A stretch of 34,226 bases of DNA from Nanobdellota archaeon (GCA_002688395.1 NZCU01000014.1:1-34226), one strand, 5' to 3'. Positions 9,911 to 19,528 are shown, counted from the stretch's first letter. Notes: generated by a model from the sequence alone, not told the origin. Numbers and translations: made by a program.

Positions 9911-10013
9911 TTCTATTTGCATACGAAGTCAAGGTTTAAAATATAAGCTTTTAGAAACCTTTATATACTAGTATATTCGAAGATTTATAAAGCTTATGTT
10001 GGGGGTAAGTCTT

Positions 10014-10928
10014 ATGGCAGCAAATGTTAAAAAATGTCCAGAGTGTAGTGGCATAAATCTAATTTTGAATAAGGATAGAGGAGAAATTATTTGTAAAGAC
10101 TGTGGACTAGTAGTTGAAGAGAAAATGGTCGATTTTGGTCAAGAATGGAGAGAATTTGACAGTGATCAAGCTGCTTCTAGAAGAAGAACTGGAGCTCCTA
10201 TGACTTATACTAAATATGATAGAGGTTTAGGTACTGATGTGGGTAGAAAATCAGATATTTACCAATTAGGTGGAAAAGATAGAAATAGATTTTTTAGATT
10301 AAGAAAATGGCAATATAGGATTAGTACTGCTATTGAGAGAAATTTAAAGTTAGCTTTAGCTGAGTTGAAGAGAGTTAGTAGTTATTTAAAATTAACAAAG
10401 GCTGTTGAAGAAGAAAGTGCTAGAATTTATACTTTAGCTGTTCAAAGAGGGTTAGTTAGGGGTAGATCAATGGAAAGTGTTGTTTCTGGTGCGCTTTACG
10501 CTGCATGTAGAAGACATGAAGTGCCTAGAACTTTAGATGAATTATCAGAGGCAAGTGGAATAGATAAGAAAGAAATTGGAAGAACTTATAGATTTGTTAC
10601 AAGAGAATTAGGAATTAGAATATTACCAAGTAATCCTGTTGATTATATTGCTAGATTTGCAACTTCTTTAAAATTAAGTGCTGATACACAAACTAAAGCT
10701 GTTGAAATTTTAGAAAAAGCACAGAATAGTGAATTGACAAGTGGTAGAGGTCCTACTGGGATTGCTGCTGCTAGTTTATATGTTGCTGCTTTGATTAATA
10801 ATGAGAAAAGAACTCAAAGAGAAGTAGCTGATGTTGCTGGTGTTACAGAAGTAACTATAAGAAATAGATATAAAGAGCTAATTAAAAAATTAAAGTTAGA
10901 CGATAAGGTTAAGAAAAAAAGAAGATAG
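10014..10928 (+). CDS. tfb: Transcription initiation factor IIB
   Basis: Zn ribbon CPEC...CKDCG, EWREF B-reader, two cyclin repeats, TQREVADVAGVTEVTIRNRYKEL; start at 10014 or 9996. Confidence 0.97.
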   Translation: MAANVKKCPECSGINLILNKDRGEIICKDCGLVVEEKMVDFGQEWREFDSDQAASRRRTGAPMTYTKYDRGLGTDVGRKSDIYQLGGKDRNRFFRLRKWQYRISTAIERNLKLALAELKRVSSYLKLTKAVEEESARIYTLAVQRGLVRGRSMESVVSGALYAACRRHEVPRTLDELSEASGIDKKEIGRTYRFVTRELGIRILPSNPVDYIARFATSLKLSADTQTKAVEILEKAQNSELTSGRGPTGIAAASLYVAALINNEKRTQREVADVAGVTEVTIRNRYKELIKKLKLDDKVKKKRR

Positions 10929-10929
10929 G

Positions 10930-11202
10930 ATGAGTATTTATCAATTAGAAAGAGATTTGGCTGAATTTATTTTACCTCCTAAAGTGGAAGATTTAGATTT
11001 TGAGGAAGTTGCATCTTATAGTGATGAGTTATTTGAAGCATTACAAAGAGGATGGATTGGTTTGAAGAAATTTTATGAGGATAAAAGAAATTTGTATGGA
11101 GATGAAACTATAATGAGATTAGATGGTTTTAGTAATGATGATTGGGGTTTGTATAAAATGCTTTTAACTCCAGAAATAACAGAAGATCTTATTTTACCTT
11201 AG
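10930..11202 (+). CDS. Hypothetical acidic protein
   Basis: 90-aa ORF starting 1 nt after the tfb stop. Confidence 0.55.
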   Translation: MSIYQLERDLAEFILPPKVEDLDFEEVASYSDELFEALQRGWIGLKKFYEDKRNLYGDETIMRLDGFSNDDWGLYKMLLTPEITEDLILP

Positions 11203-12089
11203 ATTTTAATTTCCATTAAGTCTTTAGCTGCTTTTGTGTTTTTGAAAACTTTTTTTGCTTCGTTTTCTAATTCTTTCACATCTCTATATCTTTGAGAAAA
11301 ATGTGTTAATATTAATTGTTTAACTTTTGCTTTTTTTGCTATTTTAGCTGTTAATTCTGTTGTTAAGTGTTTTCTTTTTCTAACTAAATCCTTTAATTCT
11401 TTTTTCCATGTACATTCAGTTATTAGTAAATCTGAGTTTTTTGCAATAATTTCTGCGTTTTTACAAGGAGCAGTGTCCATGATAATTGTTACTTTTTTAC
11501 CCTTTCCTGGTATGGTTGCTTTTTTTGCTAAAATTTTATGTCCTTTGTAAGTTATATTTTTTCCTTGTTGTAACTTCCCTAAAATTGGATGTTGTTTTAA
11601 GTTAAATTTTTTTAAATAATCTAAATTTATTTTTATTTTATCATTTTCTATTAAAGAATAGGCTAAACATGGTACAATATGGTCTAAAGTAATAGCTTCT
11701 AAATTAAATGATTTTCCTTTGTAGAATATTCCTGAAGATATTTCTTTTACTTTGAATTTTATAGTTTTCTGTACTGCGATGCCGGAAAGCATGTTTTTTA
11801 GGTATTTTTTAGTGCCTTTTGGGCCGTAAATTTCTAATGTTTTCCTATAATCATTAGCTCTTAGATTTTGTAGTAAACCAGGAATGCCTAAAGTATGATC
11901 TCCATGCCAATGAGAAATTAATAATTTAGTTGTTTTACTTGGAGAAATGTTGGCTAATCTAAATTGTCTTTGAGTTCCTTCTCCACAATCTATTAAAATC
12001 CCTTCACCCTCATATTGTAAAAATATAGATGAATGGTTTCTAGTTTTCGTTGGAATCATCGAAGATGTTCCCAAAAATGTAATTTTCAT
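11199..12089 (-). CDS. rnz: Ribonuclease Z
   Basis: FLGTSS..PT, DCGEGTQ, SHWHGDH metallo-beta-lactamase motif, LTHFSQRY. Confidence 0.96.
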   Translation of the reverse strand: MKITFLGTSSMIPTKTRNHSSIFLQYEGEGILIDCGEGTQRQFRLANISPSKTTKLLISHWHGDHTLGIPGLLQNLRANDYRKTLEIYGPKGTKKYLKNMLSGIAVQKTIKFKVKEISSGIFYKGKSFNLEAITLDHIVPCLAYSLIENDKIKINLDYLKKFNLKQHPILGKLQQGKNITYKGHKILAKKATIPGKGKKVTIIMDTAPCKNAEIIAKNSDLLITECTWKKELKDLVRKRKHLTTELTAKIAKKAKVKQLILTHFSQRYRDVKELENEAKKVFKNTKAAKDLMEIKI

Positions 12090-12141
12090 AATATATATTA
12101 AATTGATAAGATTTTTAAATACTTTTGTTTAGTTATTGGAT

Positions 12142-12699
12142 ATGGTTAAAAAGAAAGAAGATATTATTGAACTTAAGAAGAAGATAGTTGGAGTGCTAGA
12201 AAAAGAGAGGGTTGTTGGAGATGTAAGTAATGAAAGTACTTTAATTTATGATAAAAGTAGATTTGGAGAGAGAGTTGGAGAGAAATTTCAGTATTCTTTA
12301 GTTGAAGGTTTGTTTTTATTAGATACTAAAAGAATGAATATTAAAGATGGAAGGGGTAAAAAGGTTAAATTTGATGATTTTTTAAAAAAAGCTAGGAGAT
12401 TTGATAAGAATTTTTGGGTTAAATACTGTGTTTTTAAAGATATGAGAAGTAGGGGTTATGTTGTTAAAACTGCTTTGAAGTTTGGAGCTGAATTTAGGGT
12501 TTATGGAAGGGGTATTAAACCTGGAGATGATCATGCTAAGTGGATTGTTTATCCTGTTCATGAATCTAATACAACTACTTGGTCTGAATTTGCTGCTAAA
12601 AATAGAGTAGCTCATAGTACTAGGAAAAGATTGCTCGTTGGTGTGGTTGATGATGAAGCAGAAGTATCTTATTGGGAGATATCTTGGATAAGGCCCTGA
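12142..12699 (+). CDS. endA: tRNA splicing endonuclease (catalytic, single-unit type)
   Basis: SLVEGLFL, RGYVVKTALKFGAEFRVY, HA, RVAHSTRK: catalytic Tyr/His/Lys present; WIRP terminus; start 12142 (ATG) or 12136 (TTG). Confidence 0.95.
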   Translation: MVKKKEDIIELKKKIVGVLEKERVVGDVSNESTLIYDKSRFGERVGEKFQYSLVEGLFLLDTKRMNIKDGRGKKVKFDDFLKKARRFDKNFWVKYCVFKDMRSRGYVVKTALKFGAEFRVYGRGIKPGDDHAKWIVYPVHESNTTTWSEFAAKNRVAHSTRKRLLVGVVDDEAEVSYWEISWIRP

Positions 12700-13802
12700 T
12701 TGACACTCCAGATAATTTTATTTTTGTATCCATTTTTTTGGATTATTCCTTCTTTTTCTAATTTGTTTAGATGTCTTATGGCTCCTCCATGTGTGAAAAG
12801 TAAACTATTAGCTATCTCTAACGTTTTTGAAGGTTTGTCCTTTAATATCTTTAAAATTTCTTTCTTTAATAAAATAGGATTTCTTGTTCTTTCTTTTCTA
12901 TTCCTAATTTTTATTTTGTACTCCATACTTAATTTTTTATGAGGACATTCAATAGGAATTGTATTGTGGAAATTTTCAAGACTTCTAGATGAAAGTGGTA
13001 GTGAGACTTTATCCTTTTTGTATCCATATTTGAAAATAACAATCTTATTAGTTTTAATATCTAAGTTTTCTAATAATTCTTTAACTTGTTTAATTAAATT
13101 TAAATTATGAATTGTTAGGTTTGGTTCTTTAGAAAAAGATCCGTCATCATCGAACAAAGCTCCAGTAAATGACGATTTACATTCTTTTGAGGATGAAAAT
13201 ATTAATTTTGGGATTCTATTTGGGTGCGTAATCTGAAAATCAAATAAATGTTGAATTATGTCTGAAATTGCTTTTGGAAATTCAATAATTGATGTGGTTT
13301 TCGTTTTTATTTCTCTAGTTCTAAAGTTGCCGAAAAGAGATAATTTTTCTATGAATTTTTCCCTTAGAGTTTTATCAGAATTCGCATAATATGGAGGATG
13401 ACTTTTTGCTTGACAGCCGTCTGCAATCATATGACCAATTATGGAATATAGCTTTGGAGTTTCTTTTAATGGCAGTTTTAGTTTTTTAATTTCCAAACCT
13501 GCTCTTACGCTAATTGCTAAAATATTCTTTTCTAGTTTGAACTTATTTTTGGAATCTATAATTTTTTTTAATAATTTTAATGGAATCGATTGAGAGTATT
13601 TAATCTTGTATTTTATACTAAATCCTCTTTCATAGTTTAGCAACGTTCTCAAATTAATATTTAGATATTTGGCAGTTTTTCTTTTGCTACCAAATTTTTC
13701 ATATAATTGATTAAATAATTTCTTTCTAAAGTTATCTTTTATCTTAACATATATTGTTTCTGGAAAATCTAAAATATCCCACTCCTTCAGTTTTCTTGAC
13801 AT
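12669..13802 (-). CDS. Free-standing LAGLIDADG endonuclease-like protein with N-terminal HTH and C-terminal winged helix
   Basis: SIIGHMIADG and FTGALFDDDG; KRKTAKYLNINLRTLLNYE (HTH); TLEIANSL...AIRHLNKLEKEGII (wHTH); overlaps the endA 3' end by 31 nt. Confidence 0.85.
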   Translation of the reverse strand: MSRKLKEWDILDFPETIYVKIKDNFRKKLFNQLYEKFGSKRKTAKYLNINLRTLLNYERGFSIKYKIKYSQSIPLKLLKKIIDSKNKFKLEKNILAISVRAGLEIKKLKLPLKETPKLYSIIGHMIADGCQAKSHPPYYANSDKTLREKFIEKLSLFGNFRTREIKTKTTSIIEFPKAISDIIQHLFDFQITHPNRIPKLIFSSSKECKSSFTGALFDDDGSFSKEPNLTIHNLNLIKQVKELLENLDIKTNKIVIFKYGYKKDKVSLPLSSRSLENFHNTIPIECPHKKLSMEYKIKIRNRKERTRNPILLKKEILKILKDKPSKTLEIANSLLFTHGGAIRHLNKLEKEGIIQKNGYKNKIIWSVNQGLIQDISQ

Positions 13803-13826
13803 TTAGTAATAATTAAGGATTTTTTC

Positions 13827-13869
13827 TTTATAAACTTCACGGGGGCATGACAAGTGTGTCAAGTATGTC
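13827..13869 (-). repeat. Dispersed nuclease-associated upstream element, copy E (extra 9-bp unit)
   Basis: Minus strand: GACATACTT-GACACACTTGTCAtgccccCGTGAAg-tttataaa, 24 nt before the ATG at 13802. Confidence 0.85.
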
Positions 13870-13874
13870 AAGTG

Positions 13875-13898
13875 AAAGTAGCCTGGATTAGACCTTGA
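13875..13898 (+). pseudogene. Relic duplicate of the endA 3' end
   Basis: aaa gta gcc tgg att aga cct tga = KVAWIRP*, versus endA gag ata tct tgg ata agg ccc tga = EISWIRP*. Confidence 0.7.
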
Positions 13899-13952
13899 TT
13901 TCTATATTCTAACATAATAATATTTTTAAAAAAAGTAGTATAATTTTAATAT

Positions 13953-14873
13953 ATGGTGGATGTTGATCGTAGAGATAAAATATTAGAGTTTGTAAGAAAA
14001 GAAGGAGCTGTTTTACCTATTAAGATTTCTAAAGAATTTAATATAGATACTATGTTTTCAGGCGCGATGTTATCAGAGCTTGTTAATAGTGGTAAAATTA
14101 AAGTTACTGAGCATTTAAAGGTTGGAGGAACTCCTGTTTATTATGTTGAAGGTATGGAAGCTAAATTAGAGGATTATACTAAATTTCTTAATGAGAAGGA
14201 TATTAGGACTATTGCTTTTTTGAAAGATAAAGGGATAGTTGAAGATAAAGGGTTAAGTCCTTTGCAGAGAGTTTCTTATAGGATTGTTAAAGATTTTGCT
14301 AAGAGTATTGTGTTAAAAAGAGATGATGGGAGTAAAGAGGTTTTTTGGAGATATTTTTTAGTTGATGAGGAAGCTGCTAAAGAAAAAATATTAGATTTGA
14401 TTAATAATAAAAAGGAAGATGTTAAGGTTAAAGTTGAGAAACAGGCATCTTTAGAAGAACCTGCTTTAGAAGAGGAAGTTCACGAAGAAAAAGAGCTTCC
14501 TGAGGAAAAACCTTTAGAGGAGCCTTTACAAAGAGAGGTCCCTGAGAGAATTGAGGTTAAGAAAAAACCTATTGGAGATGTTGTTAAAGAATTTTTTAGA
14601 GTTAATGGTATTACTGTTTGGGAAGAGAAGGTTATAAGGAAAGGAAAAGATGTTAATTACCTTGTAAGTTTTGATTCTAGAGTTGGGAAAGTTAGGTATT
14701 TTGCTAAATATAGAGATAAGAAAAGAATAAGTGAAGGAGATGTGAGTTTGGCTTATAATGAAGCTGGTAAATTGCCTTTATTGTTTCTAAGTAAAGGAGA
14801 GTTAACTAAACCTGCTAAGAGAATTATAGAAGAAGAATTTAAAGGTGTGATATTTAAGAGATTAAGTAGATGA
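13953..14873 (+). CDS. Hypothetical protein; N-terminal winged-helix-like region, Glu-rich linker
   Basis: 306-aa ORF; ILEFVRKEGAVLPIKISKEF...LSELVNSGKIK; ATGA overlap with guaA. Confidence 0.7.
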   Translation: MVDVDRRDKILEFVRKEGAVLPIKISKEFNIDTMFSGAMLSELVNSGKIKVTEHLKVGGTPVYYVEGMEAKLEDYTKFLNEKDIRTIAFLKDKGIVEDKGLSPLQRVSYRIVKDFAKSIVLKRDDGSKEVFWRYFLVDEEAAKEKILDLINNKKEDVKVKVEKQASLEEPALEEEVHEEKELPEEKPLEEPLQREVPERIEVKKKPIGDVVKEFFRVNGITVWEEKVIRKGKDVNYLVSFDSRVGKVRYFAKYRDKKRISEGDVSLAYNEAGKLPLLFLSKGELTKPAKRIIEEEFKGVIFKRLSR

Positions 14874-16389
14874 TAAAAATAATTGATTGTGGAAGCCAAT
14901 TAACTCAGAATATTGCTAGGAGAGTTAGAGAGTTGGGTGTTTTTACAGAGATTGTTCCTTTTAATACATCTTATGAAAATGTTGTTGAGCAAGATACAGA
15001 TGGACTTATAATTTCTGGAGGTCAATTTAGTGTACATGATGATACTGCACCTATGTATACAAAAAAATTCTTAGAAGCTAGTATTCCCATACTTGGAATT
15101 TGTTATGGGCTTCAATCAATTTCTCATTTATTAGGTGGGAAAGTGATATCTACAAAAAATAGAGAATATGGAGAGACAAAGATTAAGATATTAAAGAAAA
15201 ATCTTCTATTTAAAGATATTAATTCTGAAGAATTTACTGTATGGATGAGTCATGGAGATATATTAGAAGAAGTTCCTTCTGGTTTTGAGGTTCTTGCAAA
15301 ATCATGGAATAATCATATAGCCTCAATACAAAGAGATAATATTTATGCTGTACAGTTTCATCCTGAAGTTGACCACACTGAACATGGAAGAAAGATACTT
15401 GATAATTTTTTAGAAATTTGTAAGTCAAAAAGGACTTGGGATCCTGAAAAAGAGTATAATTTTATTCTTAATAAAACTAGAGAAAAAATAGAAGGGAAAA
15501 TTGGTGTTGGTGGTATAAGTGGAGGTGTTGATTCAACAACAGTATCTGTTCTACTTGATAGAATAGCTGGAGAAAATTATCATCCAATTTTTATTGATAA
15601 TGGGTTATTAAGATTGAATGAGATAAATGAAGTAAAAAATAATCTTAGTTCTCTCGGCCTTAGAGTGCATTATGTTGATGCTAGTGAGAGATTTCTTTTA
15701 AAATTAAAGGGAGTTATTGATTCGGACGAAAAGAGGAAGATTATTGGTCATGAATTTATTAGAGTATTTGAGGAGGAAGCTAGGAAAATTCCAGGAGCTT
15801 CTTATTTAGTTCAAGGGACGCTTTATCCTGATGTTATTGAAAGTGTACCAATTTATAGTGCTTCTTCTATGATAAAAAGACATCATAATGTTGAGGATTG
15901 CCCAAAGATATGAATTTAGAAGTTGTTGAACCATTTAAGCATATGTTTAAGGATGAGGTGAGAAAGATAGCTGAAAATAAACTTAATATGTCTAGAGCTG
16001 TTGTTTGGAGACATCCCTTTCCTGGACCGGGATTGGCTATACGTATTAAGGGAGAAGTAGATAAAGAAAAATTAGAGATTGTGAGACAAGCTGATGCTAT
16101 TTTTCTTGATGAACTTAAAAGAAGAGGGTTATATTATGATATTAGCCAAGCATTTGTGGGATTAAATGATGTTCAATCAGTTGGAGTTATGGGAGATGAA
16201 GGTACTTATGAAGGAGAGATTAGATTGAGAGCAGTTGTTACAAAGGATTTTATGACTTCTGATATATATCATTTTAAATGGGAGGATTTACAAGCAATTT
16301 CTAATAGAATTGTAAATGAAGTTAGGGGTGTTAATCGTGTTTTTTATGATACAACTCAAAAACCTCCGGGAACGATAGAATGGGAATAG
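14870..16389 (+). pseudogene. guaA: GMP synthase (glutamine-hydrolysing), split by a 1-nt frameshift near 15893 (real lesion or assembly error)
   Basis: GICYGLQ, QFHPEV, SGGVDS, QGTLYPDVIES, HHNV | LPKDM, HPFPGPGLAIR, KPPGTIEWE; adding one G to gttgaggattg restores HHNVGGLP. Confidence 0.9.
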
Positions 16390-16424
16390 TAAGGTTTAAA
16401 TATTGGGATTTTTGAAGATTAATT

Positions 16425-16619
16425 ATGGGAAGAATTAAAACTACTTTAGTTAAAAGAAGTGCAGAGAACTTCTTAGATAAACATCCAGATTTGTTTAAGA
16501 CTTCATTTAAAGAAAATAAAGTTAAATTAGCTGGAGTTGGAGAGATAAAATCTAAAAAATTAAGAAATAAGATTGCTGGATATTTAACTAGACTTACTAA
16601 ACAACAAGAAAAAGCTTAA
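16425..16619 (+). CDS. rps17e: 30S ribosomal protein S17e
   Basis: MGRIKTTLVKR...F..NK...SKKLRNKIAGYLT. Confidence 0.97.
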   Translation: MGRIKTTLVKRSAENFLDKHPDLFKTSFKENKVKLAGVGEIKSKKLRNKIAGYLTRLTKQQEKA

Positions 16620-16620
16620 T

Positions 16621-16662
16621 TTTTACCCGACATACTCGCCATACCCTCGTGAGACTTATAAA
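16621..16662 (+). repeat. Dispersed nuclease-associated upstream element, copy B
   Basis: ttttaccc-GACATACTCGCCAtaccctCGTGAGa-cttataaa; 26 nt identical to copy D at 30600-30625. Confidence 0.9.
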
Positions 16663-16684
16663 TGAATAATTCTTTGTTTATTAT

Positions 16685-17380
16685 ATGTATTGTTTGACTG
16701 ATTCTCAAAAAGTAGATTTGGCTTATTTAATTGGGGCTGTTATTGGTGATGGATCTTATATGAACACTAAGAGTGGAAAAAGACGAAATATTAGATTTTC
16801 TTTCGGTTCTTCTGATAGGGAGTTTGTCGTTATTATAAAGGACATTATTAGAGACATTTTTTCCCTTGAATTAAACATATGTGTTGAAAGATTATCTCTA
16901 AAAAATAATGCATGGAGAGACCATTATAAAATAAGGAGTAGAATATTGCACAGACATCTTAAAAAATATCTTCCTGATAAGAATAAAATACCTAGTTTTG
17001 TCTATAATTCAAACCACTTTATTAAAAGTAGTTTTATTTCTGGATTTTTTGATGCTGAAGGAGGAATTTGTGTTAGTACTATAAAATCCAGAAATGTTTT
17101 AGATAGGAGATTGTATTGTCATAATTTCAATATTGATTTATTGAATGAAATTAAAGGATACTTATCTGAATTAGATATTGATTGTTTTATACAGAATAGT
17201 AAGAGAGCTTATGCTTTAAATATTTGGGGTTATAAAAATTTGGTTAATTTTAAAAATAAAATTGACTTTAGAATTTATAGAAAGAGATTTAAACTATTAG
17301 GTGCTATAAATAGTTATAAATTTGTTCACAAAAAATACAGACATTTGAAAGTTGATGTTCAAAACTTAGGAGGGATTTAA
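16685..17380 (+). CDS. Free-standing LAGLIDADG endonuclease
   Basis: AYLIGAVIGDG and SFISGFFDAEG motifs; no intein termini. Confidence 0.88.
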   Translation: MYCLTDSQKVDLAYLIGAVIGDGSYMNTKSGKRRNIRFSFGSSDREFVVIIKDIIRDIFSLELNICVERLSLKNNAWRDHYKIRSRILHRHLKKYLPDKNKIPSFVYNSNHFIKSSFISGFFDAEGGICVSTIKSRNVLDRRLYCHNFNIDLLNEIKGYLSELDIDCFIQNSKRAYALNIWGYKNLVNFKNKIDFRIYRKRFKLLGAINSYKFVHKKYRHLKVDVQNLGGI

Positions 17381-17381
17381 A

Positions 17382-17750
17382 ATGAGCGACGATATAGAAA
17401 AAGAGTCAGTAAAGATAACAGATACAAAAAATAGTGATAACCATACTGTGTTTGTAGGCCCCAAACCTTTTAACAGAATTTAGCGAAATGCTATTTCTGG
17501 AAGAGTGAATTATGTTACAGGGGTCGTGATGCAGTTTACAACACAAGGTGCTAATGAAGTTGTTGTTAAAGCTAGGGGTAGATTTATTTCTAGAGCTGTA
17601 GATATTGTTGAGGTTGCCACTAAGAGATTTTTAGAGGGACAAATAGAAATAGCTAAAGATGGAATTAATATTGGAAGTGAGGAATTTGAAAATAAAGAAG
17701 GAAAACAAGTTAGAGTGAGTTTTATAGAATTAAGTCTTATCAAACGATAA
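17382..17750 (+). CDS. albA: Alba chromatin protein interrupted by a 33-nt BHB intron (exons 17382-17472 and 17506-17750; 111 aa spliced)
   Basis: AGGAGGG RBS and ATG 17382; HTVFVGPKPF...NYVTGVV...VVVKARGRFISRAVDIVE...VSFIE; in-frame TAG at 17481 lies within the predicted intron. Confidence 0.92.
17473..17505 (+). other. Bulge-helix-bulge mRNA intron
   Basis: acagaatttagcgaaatgctatttctggaagag; central helix CTTT/GAAG, bulges TA|A and AG|T, intron stem CAGAA..TAGC-GAAAT-GCTA.TTCTG; excision recreates the ATG of KPFMNY. Confidence 0.88.
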
Positions 17751-17823
17751 TTTTATTCCTTTTTCAATATTTAATAACTTTTAAATAGAATTTAATTCTA
17801 AACTATAGCTAAAAAGAGGTAAA

Positions 17824-19527
17824 ATGGTAAGTGGATTTGAAGCTTCGATACAGTCTAATTTATTTTTTAATATTGGATTAGTGCTAGTTGTTGCTACTAT
17901 TGTAGGTTATTTGGCTAGATTGATTAGACAACCATTGATTCCTGCTTATATTTTAGCTGGTATTTTAATTGGTCCTTTTGGTTTAGGATTGATAAAAGAA
18001 AGTGAAATTATAATTGCTTTAAGTGAAATTGGTATTGCGTTTCTGTTATTTATTGTTGGCTTGGAGATAGATTTAAAGAAATTAAAGGAAGTTGGATTAG
18101 TTAGTACTCTTGGAGGAACTATACAAGTAGCTTCTGTATTTTTTATTGGTTTTTTGGCAGCAATGGCTTTTGGATTTGTGAGGGTTGAGGCTATTTACTT
18201 AGGGTTTGTTCTAGCTTTTTCTAGTACCATGATTGTGATTAAGTTGTTGAGTGATAAGAGTGAGATGAACACTTTACATGGGAAAATTATTTTGGGGATA
18301 TTGTTGATGCAAGACATTATTGTTATTTTTGTTTTAATTTTATTGCAATCCTTGGGTAGCTTAAATTTATCTTTGTTATTGTGGGCGTTTTTGAAAGGCG
18401 CGATATTATTAGCTTTTGCAGTTCTTTTGAGTCAGTTTGTGTTACCTTTTATATTTAGATTTAGTGCTAGAACCCAAGAGTTGTTGTTTTTAAGTTCAAT
18501 TTCTGTTTGTTTTGTATTTTCTTTAGTAGCTTTTAGTTTTGGCTTTTCAATTGTTATAGGAGCTTTTTTAGCAGGGTTGGCTTTAGCTTCTTTACCTTAT
18601 CACTTTGATATAGCTGGAAAGATTATTCCTTTAAGAGATTTTTTCGCTACTTTATTTTTTGTTAGTTTAGGAATGGAGTTAGTGTTTGATTCTTTTAATG
18701 GATTGTTAGGGCCTTTGATTGTATTTTTGGGAATTATAATTTTGTTAAAGCCTTTGATTTTTATGATAATTACAAGTGTGTTTGGGTATAAGAAAAGAAC
18801 CGCGTTTTTTACTTCAATTTCATTAGCTCAAATAAGTGAGTTTTCTTTAGTTTTAGTTGCTTTAGGTTTGAACTTAGGACATGTTTCTAATCAAATTTTT
18901 ACTTTAACTGTGTTGTTGGCTATTATAACAATTGCTTTGACGTCTTATTTCATTAAATATGATAGAAATTTATATGGAATGTTCTCAAAAAAATTGAATG
19001 TTTTTGAAAGATTAGCTTTGAAAAATTCTGAGTTAGAACATTTACCTTATCATGAAAGAAAAGACATTATTATTTTTGGAGCTCATAGAATGGGAAGAAT
19101 ATTTATTGATACTTTAAATAAAGTTAAAAGTAATTTTGTTGTTGTTGATTTTGACCCTCAAATTATTAGAAATTTAATTAATAAAAAAATACCTTGTGTT
19201 TATGGTGATGTTGCAAATACTGAAGTTCTTAAAAGATTAAACTTGAATTCTGCTAAAATGGTTATAAGTACTATTCCTAATGATGAAGATAATATATTTT
19301 TAATTAAACATATTAAGAAAACGAATCCTGGTGCTATTCTTATAGTTACTTCTAGTCATGCAGGTAGTGCTTTGCATTTATATGATATTGGTGCTGATTA
19401 TGTTATTGTACCTCATTTATTGAGTGGAGAGATTGTTTCTCATAATTTGGTTGAATTAATTGAGAAGAAGAAAGATGTTGAGGAAATGAAAGTTAGGCAT
19501 ATTAAACATTTAAAGAGTAATAAATAA
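17824..19527 (+). CDS. Kef-type cation:proton antiporter (CPA2) with TrkA-N domain
   Basis: Many TM helices, LLFIVGLE, SSTMIVIKLL, LLMQDI, QISEFSLV; C-terminal IIIFGAHRMG...YGD...GADYVI. Confidence 0.92.
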   Translation: MVSGFEASIQSNLFFNIGLVLVVATIVGYLARLIRQPLIPAYILAGILIGPFGLGLIKESEIIIALSEIGIAFLLFIVGLEIDLKKLKEVGLVSTLGGTIQVASVFFIGFLAAMAFGFVRVEAIYLGFVLAFSSTMIVIKLLSDKSEMNTLHGKIILGILLMQDIIVIFVLILLQSLGSLNLSLLLWAFLKGAILLAFAVLLSQFVLPFIFRFSARTQELLFLSSISVCFVFSLVAFSFGFSIVIGAFLAGLALASLPYHFDIAGKIIPLRDFFATLFFVSLGMELVFDSFNGLLGPLIVFLGIIILLKPLIFMIITSVFGYKKRTAFFTSISLAQISEFSLVLVALGLNLGHVSNQIFTLTVLLAIITIALTSYFIKYDRNLYGMFSKKLNVFERLALKNSELEHLPYHERKDIIIFGAHRMGRIFIDTLNKVKSNFVVVDFDPQIIRNLINKKIPCVYGDVANTEVLKRLNLNSAKMVISTIPNDEDNIFLIKHIKKTNPGAILIVTSSHAGSALHLYDIGADYVIVPHLLSGEIVSHNLVELIEKKKDVEEMKVRHIKHLKSNK

Positions 19528-19528
19528 A

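Noticed and set aside
15880..15913. BHB intron as the explanation for the guaA split
   Set aside because: Sequence is missing (1 nt) rather than inserted, and no hairpin or BHB is visible.
17481..17483. Stop-codon readthrough (pyrrolysine or recoded TAG) in alba
   Set aside because: Readthrough would insert 11 residues into a conserved motif and lose the Met; TAG terminates other genes here (tfb, guaA); precise BHB excision explains it better.
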